Assembly (NCBI GenBank): GCA_036172245.1
Contig: JAYWIR010000019.1
Span: 62,001-126,000 of the forward strand
Origin: Raillietiella orientalis
Lineage: Eukaryota
Length of the DNA stretch: 64,000 nucleotides
Direction: 5' to 3'
The notes under the pieces are model-generated. The model worked only from the letters and a program-made list of their open reading frames with translations, made no database searches and had not been told where the DNA came from. The position numbers and the translations under genes were made by a program. Position 1 is the stretch's first letter. The number at the start of each line of letters is the position of its first letter. This document shows, one piece after another, positions 1 through 12,400 of this stretch.

Positions 1-59
1 ACGAACTCAACTAATGTTCCCTAAAAGAAAAAAAAAGGGGCGATCTTCCAAAGGAGCGA

Positions 60-545
60 ACACTCCCTGTTGGGGGTCCCTCCGAGTCGTCGCCTCTTTG
101 CAGAGTGTGCACACAAGGAAGCAAGCAAAAAGCGATTCCCTGCGGGAAGCTGCAGAACCCCTTTTGAGTTTCGGAAGCGTCCCTTCGGGGTTCTCTTCAG
201 AGGAGTGAACAGGGGTGGTTCCCTTGCGGGTTCCCTCCGGAGAAGAAATTCTTACAAGTGGATCCTTTCCGGGATCCCTTCGGAGAAGTTGAAATGGAGA
301 TGACCACCCCCCGTAAGGGGGATGTCCCTCCTGAGAGAATGAGGGAGGAGATTCCCTTCGAGGTTCTCCTTCGGAGACAACTAGGGTGGAGGCGCGGTCT
401 CCCCGTCCGAGGAGGGATCCCTCCCCCAAGCGTGAAAGGAACGGACTCTGAGCCCTTCCTGGATTCTTTGTAATTGAATGAGCCATTGTAGCAAAAAGAA
501 TAAATAAACTCACCCCACCCCTTGTGGGACTAGGGGAAACCCTTA
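60..545 (+). other. Dense array of short GC-rich stem-loops (candidate structured RNA or retroelement 3' region)
   Basis: Hairpins read directly: ccc-TTCG-ggg (181-190), agaa-GAAA-ttct (241-252), ggatcct-ttcc-gggatcc (260-277), ccccc-GTAA-ggggg (308-321), tccctc..gaggga (325-346), ccc-ttgt-ggg (519-528), aggg-GAAA-ccct (532-543). AATAAA at 503-508. No recognisable protein in the overlapping ORFs. Confidence 0.5.
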
Positions 546-575
546 TATTGCGCTCACGAATACAACTCCTCCAGA

Positions 576-1960
576 GTGAGGCCTGGCCATTGCACTAAGG
601 CAGGGTTGACCTTTGCGATAACCCCTAAAGCGGGTTACTGCAGTGTGAAGAGGGGGACGAAGGACTTCCTGAGGATCGCCCTTTGGGTCAGAGGGAGGTC
701 CCGAGTCCGCCTGAAGGACCTGTGTGCTCCGCGTCGTGATGGAGGCCACGGCCTCCTGACGCTGGAGCGGCTGGAACTGCAGCTGTAGTTCAGGACGCTA
801 GCCCTAGTGGCGCAGTTGTGGAGAACCAGCTGGTGCGAGCCTGCACGACACCTGGTTCAGCGAGCCAGCGGCTGCGCGGGACTGTCTACCTTCCTAGCGC
901 GCCGCAAACACCGGTACCTCTTCCACGGCAGACTGGCACTTCGGCGAATGGTCAAGCTGACCAGGATGAACACCTGGATCTCATGCCGGCCCGCGAACGG
1001 CACTTCCTGGTTGCAGGAAAGCCTTCGCACGTGGTCCCAGATTGCCGAAGCGAGCCCGGAGTTGCGGCAGCGACTGCTGCACTCCTTTTACAAGAGCCGC
1101 TCGCTGCAGGACATCATTATGCAGCCCACCTTGAGCGCATGGGCTGAGAGGACCTCCCTTGCCCTTTTTCGTGCAGCCCGCCTTGAGTGAGTGGGCTGAG
1201 AAGACTTCCCTTGCCGCGGCTCTGTCCTACCTCAGGGAACACCTGGGCAGTAGCCAGTCGGCCAAGTGGGAGGTCCGATGCAGAATCTTGTCAAGAGAGA
1301 GAGAACAAGGCGGTTGGACCACGGGCCAGCTGACTGACGCTGCGACCCAAAGTCCCCCACCGAAGGACTGTTGCGCTGGGGCGAGCTGCTGAGCATCCCC
1401 ATGGATGTACTCGAGTAGCCCCGGTGCTGAAGACTACCCGGGCCTTCCCCCTGAAGTGGCAGGAGTCGGCGTTCCTGGTGTTGCACTGGGGACTCCCCAG
1501 CAACGCCCGCCGTTCGCACTGGACGAGGGGGGCTGTGGACCCAAATTGTGTCAGGTTTGGGGAACGGGAATCCCTCCCGCACCTGCTTCTTGACTGTGTT
1601 GCCCTCCGGCACCTGTGGTTGCGTTTCGCAAAGGCCCTTGGTGCAACCATGAACTGCCCTAGAGACGTATTGAAGCGCCTCTTTGTGCACGACGCCCATT
1701 CGCCTGCTGCAGCCCTTGCAGCCCTCTGCTGCCTACGAGGGATTGTGGCGGTCTGGAGCACGCCACTGGTGGACCGAACGATAGGGACATCATCTGCTCC
1801 GCCCTGCGCTTCCTGAGGACAGCAGTTGGATGGTCCCACCTGGGACGTATGCGGACTAAACTTGCCGACATCCTGGTAAGGATGTAGAGGACGACCTCAG
1901 CGGAACGTGATCCCTTCCCCGACCTCTCCCTGCTTTTATAAATAGTGTTCTTTTTTTTTT
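576..1960 (+). mobile_element. Decayed 3' fragment of an L1/Tx1-like non-LTR retrotransposon ORF2
   Basis: 'RVRLKDLCAPRRDGGHGL' (576-788) matches the post-RT LCxPxxxGGLGL motif. 'FLVLHWGLPSNARR...PNCVRFGERESLPHLLLDC' (1424-1816) is a zf-RVT-type zinc finger. Frame is broken by stops and frameshifts; T-rich tail at ~1950-1970. Confidence 0.8.
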
Positions 1961-2659
1961 TTGTTTTTATTTGTCCCTTCCCCCTCCGCTGCCGAGTCGA
2001 ACTCGCCGGTCTGCGCTCTGGCAACTCGGCAAGTTATTTTTTATCGGACGCTGTTTGTCACCCGGTTGCGCCGGGGCGTTTATTACAAACTATCCGGGAA
2101 CAGAGTTCCTGGACAAAGGAAAAACAAGAGACGAAGGATGTGGGATCCCCGACACGCAGGTCGGTATGCCGAAAGTCCGGAACGGGAGGGAGGGGACCAC
2201 AAATACACTACTATAAAAAATAAAAATAAAAATATGGAGGGGAGGGGACAGGGGTCTTTGGTGAGTCCGTTCCTTCCTTTCAAAACCGGCGATGGATGCA
2301 GGCGATCTCTCTCCTCACGCTCTCTGGTAGGTAGGCCCACTCGGCAGCCGACGACATGCTTGCGCTGGCTAATCCGGTGGGCTGACGAACGATGGCCAGC
2401 TTCTCCAACTCTCGGTGGGCCTTATCGGACGCTGTAGGGGCAATGACCCTGCACATGCTTGTTTGTTTTTTTCAGAAAAATAAACGCACCGGTGCACCCG
2501 GGTATGAAAGGAGAGGAAGAAAATATCGCGGACGACACCAGCGACCACCTCGCATCCGAGAACGACACAAGGTAGATACGGCCATCCGTAAAAAGGTTGA
2601 TCACCTCGCCCAAACAACGAAAGCTGAAGAAGAAACGGACAGCTTCCCACTAAGCACCT

Positions 2660-5600
2660 ATGAGCTCCTTCCTGTCGTCGGCCAGGAGCCTGAGGATCGT
2701 CTCCTGGAAAATCAACGGCATACAGGGCCAGGACAAGAGGGGAAGAATCACCAGCACCATCGAGCGTGATGACATCGTGTGCTTCCAGAAAACTCACGAG
2801 ACGAGGCAAAGTATCTGTCTGGAACTCGAGCAGTGCCTGGACGCCAAGATGTTCTCGAGCCCGGGAGAAAGGATGACGAAGGGCGTGATGATCCTCGTCA
2901 AGAACGACGTCGCGCACACCGTCCTGGAATCCTTCTGGCCGTGACCCTGTCGCATCCTCGATGTTCGGATGTCTTGGTCCGGAAACGTGCATCTAATCCT
3001 GCTAAACGTGTACAGACCACACCATCTGAAACACTGATACGCGGATGCCGTGAGAGATTTGCTCCGCACCAAAGCCACCCCAAAGACATCGTCGTCGTCA
3101 TCGTGGATGATCTCAACATGCAAGGCACGAAGACCAACAGCTCGATTCACTGAGGAAGACGGTCGTATCAGCTGCTTTCCGACCAGTTCGGCTTGCAGTG
3201 GCTAATTGCTAGCCACAAGCCGATCGACCACGTCTTGTACAGCGAGGACGCAGGGAACCGCATCCAAAGGCTCCGAGACACGCAGATGCTGTTCGGATCA
3301 CCCTCTGGTGCAGTTCACCTTGAAAACCAAGAATTCTCGTCGGAGAAAGGCCTCCAGGGCTGCGCTCCTGTGTATTCCTGAGTGGTTTGTGACGTTTTCC
3401 GGTCACCAGCAGGTCATCGAGCCGATTCTGCGGGACGCCCCATCCGCAGAGTCGACGAATGGGACCAGTTGAAGCACACCATCCACCTGTTTGTGAACCT
3501 GCAGTACGACGGGAAGAACTGAAGGCGGGAAGCGTACTGGGAGTCGAACATTCAAGACCACTCCCTCTCGCAGTACTGGGAACACAACGAGCGGTGGTAC
3601 GTCTTCCGATCGGCAAAAGGAGAAGTGAGCGTGCAGGAAAAGAAGAATCTGCAGACAGACATCTGCATCCAGCAGCAAGATCGAATGCGATACACATCGG
3701 AAGGGATAGTGGAGGCCTTCCACCAACACTACACCTCCCACTTCCGACGGCGAGAAGACCTATCGCACGGGGAGCAGGACGTCTTTTTGAGCTTCCTGCA
3801 GAAACGACTCTCCCCGCAACAGCAGCAGTGCATGGAACGGGACATCTTCCAGTAGGAAGTGAAGACAGCGTTCGCCGGACTGCTCACGGATGTGGGGACG
3901 GTCCCCAACAGCGTGCCCATCTCGCACTATCGGAGGTACCTGCACGCCTACCTGCGCCTATTCCACGAGCTCACGCTTTGCATCAAAGAGGGTAAGCTCC
4001 CGGATTCGTTTCACGAAAGGAGGATGCGACTGCTGCCGAAGGGAGGTGGATTTCCCTCTTTCGCGGATCTTCCAATAGCGGTCTATCTCCATTCTGGACA
4101 CCGACTCCAAGTAGTTGGCCAAGATCTGGGTCGACCGCTTGAGCGAGACGTTGCAGTCGACCGTCTTTCCGGTTCATACGCGCGCCGTGCACGGCCGCCG
4201 CATGTCCAACAACGTGAAGTGTGCCCAGACCACCATCGGTTACAGCCGCTACGTCGGCGACGACCTGGTGCTGGGTTTCACGGATGAAGAAGGCAGCGTA
4301 GACTATGGCATGTTGCTGAAGAATCTCCGGAAACTGGGTTACCCAGGATACTTCAGCGACTACATCCGAATGACATAAAGGGGACAATACTGCAAGATCA
4401 CCATCAGTGGACGCGACACGGACTCCATCTGGATGGAAAGGGGAACCCAACAAGACGCTCTAAGTCCGATGCTGTTCGTTTTGTACATGGAGGCGGTGTC
4501 ATCCTTGATAGATCGAAGTTGCCTGAAAGGACTGATCGTAGACCAACACAGGCTCACAGACCTGGGGTATCATCTCTTCTTCCTGAAGGACGAGAAAGAT
4601 CAGCATGCATTCCTCGGCGTAGTGGAATGCATGTAGAAGGTGCTGGGCTTGAAGATCAAAGCTCGCGAGTCACACCTTTTGCCCATCGGGATCCTGGACC
4701 TCTCTGCCTTGACGGTGAAGGGATTTCATGAGCTGAACGGCGTCAAATACTTAGGAATCCACATCCGGGATGTGTCCTCACCGTAGATCCAGTGGAACGA
4801 CATTTTAGGGAAAGTCAGAGAAGAAGTCACAAAGTCCGAGTCGACTTCAGCATGAAGCAAAAGGCCAACTTGTGGAATGGAGTGCTCCTTCCCAAGGTGC
4901 TCTCCGGGGCAGCCTTCTGCCGAATTGACCAGAAGACGAAGACGGAAGTGGAGAAGGTGCATTGGAAGATCATCTGGCGAAAATACAAACCGCGAGTCAG
5001 GTCCAAGTTGCTGTGCCGACCGCGAGAAGGTGGGACCTGGATGAAGTCGCTGCCCAGACCATCGGTTACCTGGATGCGCGACAACTCCTAGCTCTCATCG
5101 CCGATTAAGAAGAGTAGCCTTATGCAGCCCACAGGGCTTACTCAAGGTTGGTCAACCGCTCAAGTGGCCTGATTTTGGCGCTCATTGGCAAACATGGAAA
5201 ATGGGGCACCATCGACCCCACGTGGAATCGAAAGCAGGCACTGGTGGCCAAACATCGCTTCAAAACAGTACCTCGAAGCAAAGAGCTGTGGAAGGTAGAA
5301 CTAGCCATGGTCATCTTATACTTTGTACCTGTACCCAGGGACACCTGGAAGTGGATGTTCCAGAGGCCAGTAATGACCATCCGCGACTGCGAACAGTTTG
5401 CAACCAGTCGCAACGTCCACAAGATGCGACTGTTTCGCTACGCGCAAACCATGAGTGGAGGATCCAGCAGCAAGACGCCCGAAATTTGGAAGCACCAGGC
5501 ATCCAGCTCCTGGGTACTGACCACCAAAGCCAGCATCGGCCAGCAATGAAGCAAAGTTACCAGGAAAAAGACGTCCTCGCCATGGGTACGGGACACGGAT

Positions 5601-6300
5601 GGTGAACCTGCAGGCGGTTGGAACTACAGTCTTTGAGAACGACCTACCACCAGACACTCAAGAAAATATCTTCCTGTTCTACCATGGAGGCATCCTGTGT
5701 GGGAACAGGATAGCAAACTGGACTGGCAACATCGATGATGAGCTCTGCAAGGCGAGTATGGTAGCAAAGAAACCCAGGTCCACTTCTTCACCTGCCCGAT
5801 GCTGCGCCAGGGCTGGAGCATGCTGAAGGCGGTGATTGTCCTGCAGAGGACCACAAGAGTGAACATCTTAGCGGGAATATTTGGTGGGAACGCCAATGTC
5901 CCGTGATACAGTCCCATGGTTCGGATCACCATCGCCTTCTTCATCACAGCACTTGTGATCAGTAGGGCAAAGATGAGGAACACGGGAGCTACAGCGCCCG
6001 CCATCGCCATACTACAAGGACTGATCAAACAAGAGATTGGTATCAGGAATCGCGGCAGGAAAACCCGCCTGGACGTACCGCCACATCTTGAAGAAGATCG
6101 CGGACGTGATATGAGCGAGTGAGCCGCTCTCCATTCCCCCTATTCCGAGGAAACCACCCCGATCGTGGCATTGCAACGCTACGTGCACAAAAAGCGGACT
6201 GCGGGAATCCACAGAGGTGAGGTGAGTGCAAGAGTGCGAGTTATTGTTCTTGCCATTGGGGACATTTGCTGTTGATCAATAAACTCACCTCACTGCTTGT
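2660..6300 (+). mobile_element. Near full-length but pseudogenised L1/Tx1-like LINE ORF2 (APE endonuclease, RT, zf-RVT) plus 3' UTR
   Basis: Endonuclease relics in order: SLRIVSWKINGI, DIVCFQKTH, KGVMILVK, LNVYRP, VDDLNM, IDHVLYS, SDHPLV. RT relics: RGTQQDALSPMLFVLYMEAV (4433-) and VKYLGIHI (~4742); the YADD motif is missing (LGY/HLFFL). Then LCRPREGG (~5010) and zf-RVT-like FLFYHGGILCGNR...HFFTCP (~5670-5800). AATAAA at 6278-6283. Many stops and frameshifts. Confidence 0.9.
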
Positions 6301-7558
6301 CCGAACTGTGGAAAATTGCGCTTACGAATGCCATTCCTCCGGAGTGCGGCCTAGCCATTGCACCCGGACAAAGCTGACCTCTACGACAACCCCAAACGCA
6401 GGTTACTTGGGGGCATAATGTTTATGCTGGGACACTGTTCTCGCGCGTTCTCCTTCCTTATCAATCCAAAAATAAATTTACTGATGGGCAAAAGAAATGC
6501 TTGGAAGTCAAGCCAGCCATGATGAAAGGGAGATCACTCAAGACAAGGGTCTGGGCTGGGCGAGATGGACGCGGAGTAAAAGCCGCGTGGACTCCTGGAA
6601 GCAGGTCGTAGTGATAGGCAAAATCACCGGTGACACGCACTGGAAGCAGTTGATTGCACATGCTTTTATCTGAACTCATAGGGAGAGGAACCGACGGCAT
6701 TCTTGGGTGTGGGGGGGGAGGGAGAGGACCTTTCACGTGAACCAGGAAGGACTCATTGGACTCATTCAGCAGATATGGGGTAACGAGAAGCGTCCTGGGA
6801 AAGACCTTCTCGGCCGACGCCTTCGTCGGAATGGGGTTTCATTACAACGCGACCACCGCGTTGTAATGTAAGCCCCATTACAACCAGGTTTGATTTACGC
6901 TCCCGGGTTTCAGGTCGAGGCAGCACCCTGCATTCTGCATGTTGATGCAAGCAGCTCATATCCCGAGGTGCCTGAATCGTAGTCTGAACGGCACTTGCAG
7001 AGTGCAGGAATGTTCTCTCTGCAAGATATGGCCAGTGAGAAAAACGCGCAGTGGCTCCAATTGCAGGGAAGCCCAGAAGATCCTAAAGGGAGAGCATCGC
7101 AAAACAGAGAGCAAGGAATCGGATAAATCGAATGTAATCGAAACTTGCGCGGAATTACACATGCATTAATGTATCATTAGCCACGGTGCAATTTTGAAAA
7201 ACCGGGATATCACGTAATCCAGAGATGCGGTTCGTTATTCAGGGACTACCGATTCCCGTGGTGCGTTCCCCTTCATTGAATTCGCGTGATTAGATCTTTA
7301 CTGCTGGGATGCCATTTCAGGTTTGTTTGTTTGGACCTTTTAGATAACGAAGACGAAAGTGTGGAACTTCTGTTGCTCAAAAGAAACAGGGCAGAAATTC
7401 TTTGCTTGATGGTGGGGGGGAGGATATCTGAAGTGGGAAAACAGTACTGAGTGGAATGGGCGACGACGTTCACACATCGACTTGGGCAATTATCTTTGCA
7501 GAATTAAGCAAATTACGATGCGAGTAACAGCAGCAGACTCTTCAGACAGCAACTGCTC

Positions 7559-7564
7559 TTTATT
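7559..7564 (-). terminator. Polyadenylation signal AATAAA for SLC25A11
   Basis: tttatt on the + strand, ~115 nt downstream of the stop codon on the - strand. Confidence 0.6.
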
Positions 7565-7677
7565 TACTTTCAATCACAATCAACAGGCCAAGCTTCCTAG
7601 GAAACGGTGATTTCTGCCACATAGCTACATTTAATGCAGCTTGGATTCTTTGCTGCTTTAGCTGGACCAAGCTTTTG

Positions 7678-8972
7678 TTAGGAAACACTGTGGCTGCCAA
7701 GCGTACGTTGGTAGAACCCAATCAGTTGCTCAAATACAATGAAAGTGATGACAGTATGGGGTCCCAGACGAGCATAGTATGGGGTGAAGCCTTTCCACAA
7801 TGCAAAGAGCCCCTCTTTGCGGCAGACTTTCAACAGCACATCCACTGCTCCATGATATTCAGGAACACCAGCTATCACTCTCATGCTTTGTATCCTGATA
7901 AAAAACAAAAAAAGATGAACACTTTGGGAAAACCATGTCCTACCTTGTTTTGGCAATATCCACAGGCATGGATGCCACCGTTGTCACCAAACCAGAAATC
8001 ATGCTAGCACAGAAATGTAGCAAAATATTGTCCGTAAAGAACCCTAACAATGCAGTTTTTTAGCACATGGATGCAGATTGAGCTGAGGTTCCTCACCTGA
8101 ACTCATAAGGAATTCTTTCGCTTGAGAGTAGGATGCTAGTTGTGCTATATTGACCACTGCTGCACGGCCCACAGTAGGCAAAGTCCCCCTCCACAATGTC
8201 AGCACCCCTTCTTCACGGATTATGCGCTGCAACGCATTGAATACACTGGAATAGTTACGACGTTGATCAGGAGGGAGCCTGCCATCAGAAGTCATCCGGA
8301 TCAATGAGATCTTCAGAAATCTGCTTAGTCAAGCATTTCATAAGCAGTGGCACACCTCAGCAGGAACTCCAACAAAGGATCCACTTATCCCTGCTAGCAT
8401 TCCCATGCCAGCTTTAATTAGCAAATTTGGAGATTTCCCTTCTTTTCTGCCAAAAACATTACACTCACCGATTTTTCTCTTTTTTTTATTTTTTCCCTAC
8501 CTGCTATAAGAATCAAAAAGCCATGTGTATACACCAAGTCTTGTAGTTGTATAGGTGGCTTGTCTTAAAAGTCCTGCTGACAGGCCATTATATAAAGCAA
8601 GCAAACCTTCTTGCTTGATAACTGTTGCTGCAGCATGGAAAGAAGAACGATACAATTTCTGACTACCACCCTCTCCGCTTAGCTGCATCCTGTTTTTAAG
8701 CAAATCCAAGGGTTGCGTTATAAATGTAGCCGTCATCCTGAGCACAAACAGTGCATTTCATTTTAAAGCACCAGTATGGTGCCCAAGAGAAAAAAAAAAA
8801 AATTCACACAAAAAAATAACACCCAGTATTTCAAAAGTCATTATTTGAGATTCAATCAATGACTCAGCAAAATCACATCTAGAAATCAACATTATGAAAG
8901 AATCACTTACCCAGACACTCCACCCATTATGAATTTGGCATAGTTTGGCAGGCTGACGTTCGTTTGGGTCAT
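7678..8972 (-). CDS. SLC25A11: Mitochondrial 2-oxoglutarate/malate carrier (SLC25 family), 306 aa, 6 coding exons
   Basis: Exons 8972-8911, 8737-8501, 8446-8356, 8310-8097, 8043-7944, 7894-7678, all GT-AG, total 921 nt. Three carrier signatures (PLDLLKNRMQ, PAEISLIRM, PVDIAKTRIQ), plus GLLRQATYTTTRLG, DGRLPPDQRRNY and LWKGFTPYYARLGPHTV, typical of the oxoglutarate carrier. Confidence 0.95.
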
Positions 8973-9476
8973 TTCTCAATCTGATACGAAACAAGGGGTT
9001 ACTCACAAAATTCAGTTTTTGCCATCGTATTCAGTGAACAGGTAAGTGCAAAATTTCCTATGCAATGCAAGAAAGGTCATGGCATTTCACTGCCAAAAGT
9101 CAGTGAACAATTACAGATACAACGACATACCAACGCAGCCGTCACAGCGATCAGCGGAAGAACAGCATGGAACACCGCGGAAAAGGCAGTCACGCACACC
9201 CAGATGGCCGGGAAAAAGGAAACCTCCGTTCCCGAGGAGGTTGGAAGACGACACTCACAGGTCGACAGAGCACACAGCATTCCCTCAGGCATGCGACCGC
9301 ATCACGGCTTCCCCCCAGACAGCACCCAGACCGGTCGCTACCTCTTATCTGAAGACGTGGGAGAAACCGACTTGCGCTCGCAGCACCAACCGACTGTCGA
9401 CTCTGCAGACCTTTTGGGGGGGGGGCAGGTCGGGTACGAAATGCAAAATAGAACTCCACGGTTTTTTTTTTAAAAA

Positions 9477-9495
9477 ACACACACACACACACACA
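9477..9495. repeat. (AC)n microsatellite; similar short tracts at ~18510, ~26287, ~51943 and ~55309
   Basis: Read directly from the sequence; several tracts run straight into poly(A). Confidence 0.7.
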
Positions 9496-12400
9496 GAATG
9501 GATACCCAATAACAACACAAATTGCCCTTTGCCGTGGTCAAGGGTCAGCTTCTCTCTGATAACCCGGGGGAAAAATCCAACGCACAAAAAACTGCTGACA
9601 CCGGAGGAATGGAAAGAGGCAACAACAACAACGGGGGATGGAAAGGCAAAGAGAGGGAAAAAAAGTTCACGGTCGCGCGTGATGAAGACGAAGCAGCATC
9701 CGGATGGGGGAGATCGGATGTACCGGTTTTCTGCACGACACGGAAAAGACCGAACCACGTGGGGAGAATGGGAGCGCGCTGAGCACGGATGAAGGACCAC
9801 AAGTCAGACATCAGCAGAATCTGGATACACTCGAAAGCTGAATTTTCTTTCTTTCCTTTCAAAAAATAAACCAGCTTTCCAGGAGTGGAAACAAGAATCC
9901 GACAAACTGCCAGCTGAGAAATCGCTTCGGCACGAGCGAGATGGCAGAAGAAAGATTCTTTTCCGATGAAAACAAAGATCGAGCGTTACTCGAGAAATAC
10001 TCGGGACTTTACTCTTTGCTAAAGTGTGCCGATACACCAAGAACCACAGACGGAGAGAGACAAGTTCCGAACCTACAAGTACAACAACTGCAGGTGTTTG
10101 ATTCCAGGTCCGAATTATGGAAGAAAATTGTGGCTACTTTGCAGAAATGGGGAAGAGAGAACAAGCAGCTGCTTGCAAGAAAAAACCGGAGTTGTACACT
10201 GTTTGCCGAAGGCAAGTCCTTCTACTTGGCATGACTGAAAACGTAACTTCCGAATCCAAGGACTCCAAACCAAGCGTTTTCGAGACACTCTTGTGCTAGC
10301 TATACACGAAAAGGAAAGTGGGAATTTCTATAAAGTTAAGGAAAAATAAATTCCCAACCGAACAGTGTGGAAGTGGAATTTCTCCAAGGTGTGCCTTAAC
10401 TTCAAACACATCTAGCAGAGTAAATGAAAAAGTGATGCGATCGTCTTTATTGGATTTGAAGGGAGGGGGGGGATGGATGTGAAACCCAACTGAATACAAG
10501 AACGCCAACGGATATATTTACCGAGATAGGAAACTTTCCTGTAAAACGTAATGATGAATCGCTTACCCACACTCTAATTTTGGTAACAATCATTAGATTG
10601 TAACGGTTCTCACCGTATATCAGTTCCACTTCAATGGCAAGAACTTAAATTCTCTTAAATACGAAGATGAAAAAAGAAAGTCATTCTCCTCCACAGGAAA
10701 ATATCTTTGCTCCAAATGTTTTTCACAAATCACAAAAACAAATCATGAAGACAGTCGCAATAAGAATATGAGACGAGCATTTTGTTCCAAGTAGACCAAA
10801 ACTTGACAGTAGAGAGCAATGAGAGGAGATGGGGTCCATTCTACCCTTATAATGATAATCCTATATATTTGGGGGAAGATCTGTAGAGTCGGAATTTTCA
10901 TCCTGTCACACACCTGCAACTCCTGCAGCCGCACTTGGACGGTACTCTGCTTCTCGTGGTCTATATCGTATTTTCGAGGTTTTTCCTTCTGCTGCAGCAT
11001 TTCAGGATGGATATAGCCGTAGAGCAACCATATCTATTTTAAACAAGCTTTGGATTACCTATGATCTCCAGCATGATGACAAATAGTCATGAATTATGTT
11101 CCAGCCCCTGAAAATCAGTTAAAAGACTGTGGGATCACAAAGGTTTTCAGTCATCTTTGTCAGCCGTCTACTGAACTTGCTTTTAAAGGGTGCTTCACTT
11201 CCCAGAAAGTGCTTTATCTACTGTTTCAGTGATAATTCTGCTTTCCTTGCGCATCCTCTTCAAAAGTCTGATGGTTAGCTCAATTCCTACTACTATGTGA
11301 ATTCGGTGAGAATTCAGAAATAGCTCTTCATAATGTGTAACTCCTCGTAACACATTTTTGTAATAAGCTATTTTGAACTACTTTACACCGTTTGTCAAAA
11401 TTTTTGTGAAGAATCTTTCTAGTATCGAGAAAACGGAAAGCAATATATATATAGTAGGTTAAATTGCTCACCAGAAATGAAATAGAAACCTCACTTCAAG
11501 GGAACCATTCGAGACTTTTGACTTCACATATCTTGTAGAACTATTATGCACTTTTACATAATTTATCCTATTTTACAACTATTTCATCGGTTTCCTATTC
11601 AGTTTTAGTTTCACACGTCATAACCCTTTAAACACTTCCCTTTCCGACATGATTAAAACATGCGAATAATAATTATCAAAATCTTATTGCTACTAAAGCT
11701 ACAAATAGCCATTAGATTTAAAATTCAAGTCGATGATTTGTGTAAAACTTGATTTTCGACGAAATGTTCTTGACCTCAACGTATACACTCGTGAATATGA
11801 TAATGCGGTCTCTCTGACTTTTTTTGGATTTATATTGCCCTCTTCATTTCATGCAAATTATTGTAAATATTAAGAAACTAAGGAATACGGAAATTTTCGA
11901 GAACAATAGATAGAATAATAATGCCATAATCGATTTCAACCATAAACATCCAAGATATAAATTTGAATTGTGATGTATTTTTATCTTGGATCAATGTTTG
12001 TTGATGATTTCTATGAGCGTATAAAAAGCAGCCGGAATGTCGAAGATCTCGATAAATAAGCAAAGAACCAAATTGCTTCCAAGAATATAGGGAAGCACTT
12101 TGATCGCTAAATTATATTTTGATAAAGCAAATGCTTCTAACCGAGAGAATTGAAATAATGATAGTAATCTTCTATATATCCCTTTGGCCTCTGTTAATTG
12201 TTGCAATAGATTGTATGTTCATTTTTTTAATCCTTTTTCGTCTTACACATTATATAATTTGGGTTCATTAATGGGCAACACCAGATGTTGCAGAAAAGCT
12301 TTCTCGGTTCTTTCTAAAATGATCCAGCAGCACAAATTTTTCTAAAGACCAATGTGCTGAAGAACGGAACCTGTTTTCTTAAATAGTTGCCCTTGCATTT

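Noticed and set aside
150..210. Hammerhead-like core on the - strand (CUGAAGA...GAAA)
   Set aside because: Stem II is imperfect and stem I cannot form with the correct cleavage-site geometry.
6940..7060. Possible gag/ORF1 zinc-knuckle relic (PRCLN...ECSLCK)
   Set aside because: CCHC spacing is incomplete; too degraded to support a call.
9941..11027. Two short facing ORFs with vaguely similar 'Q.LQV.D' peptides
   Set aside because: Similarity covers only a few residues; no family or splice structure could be established.
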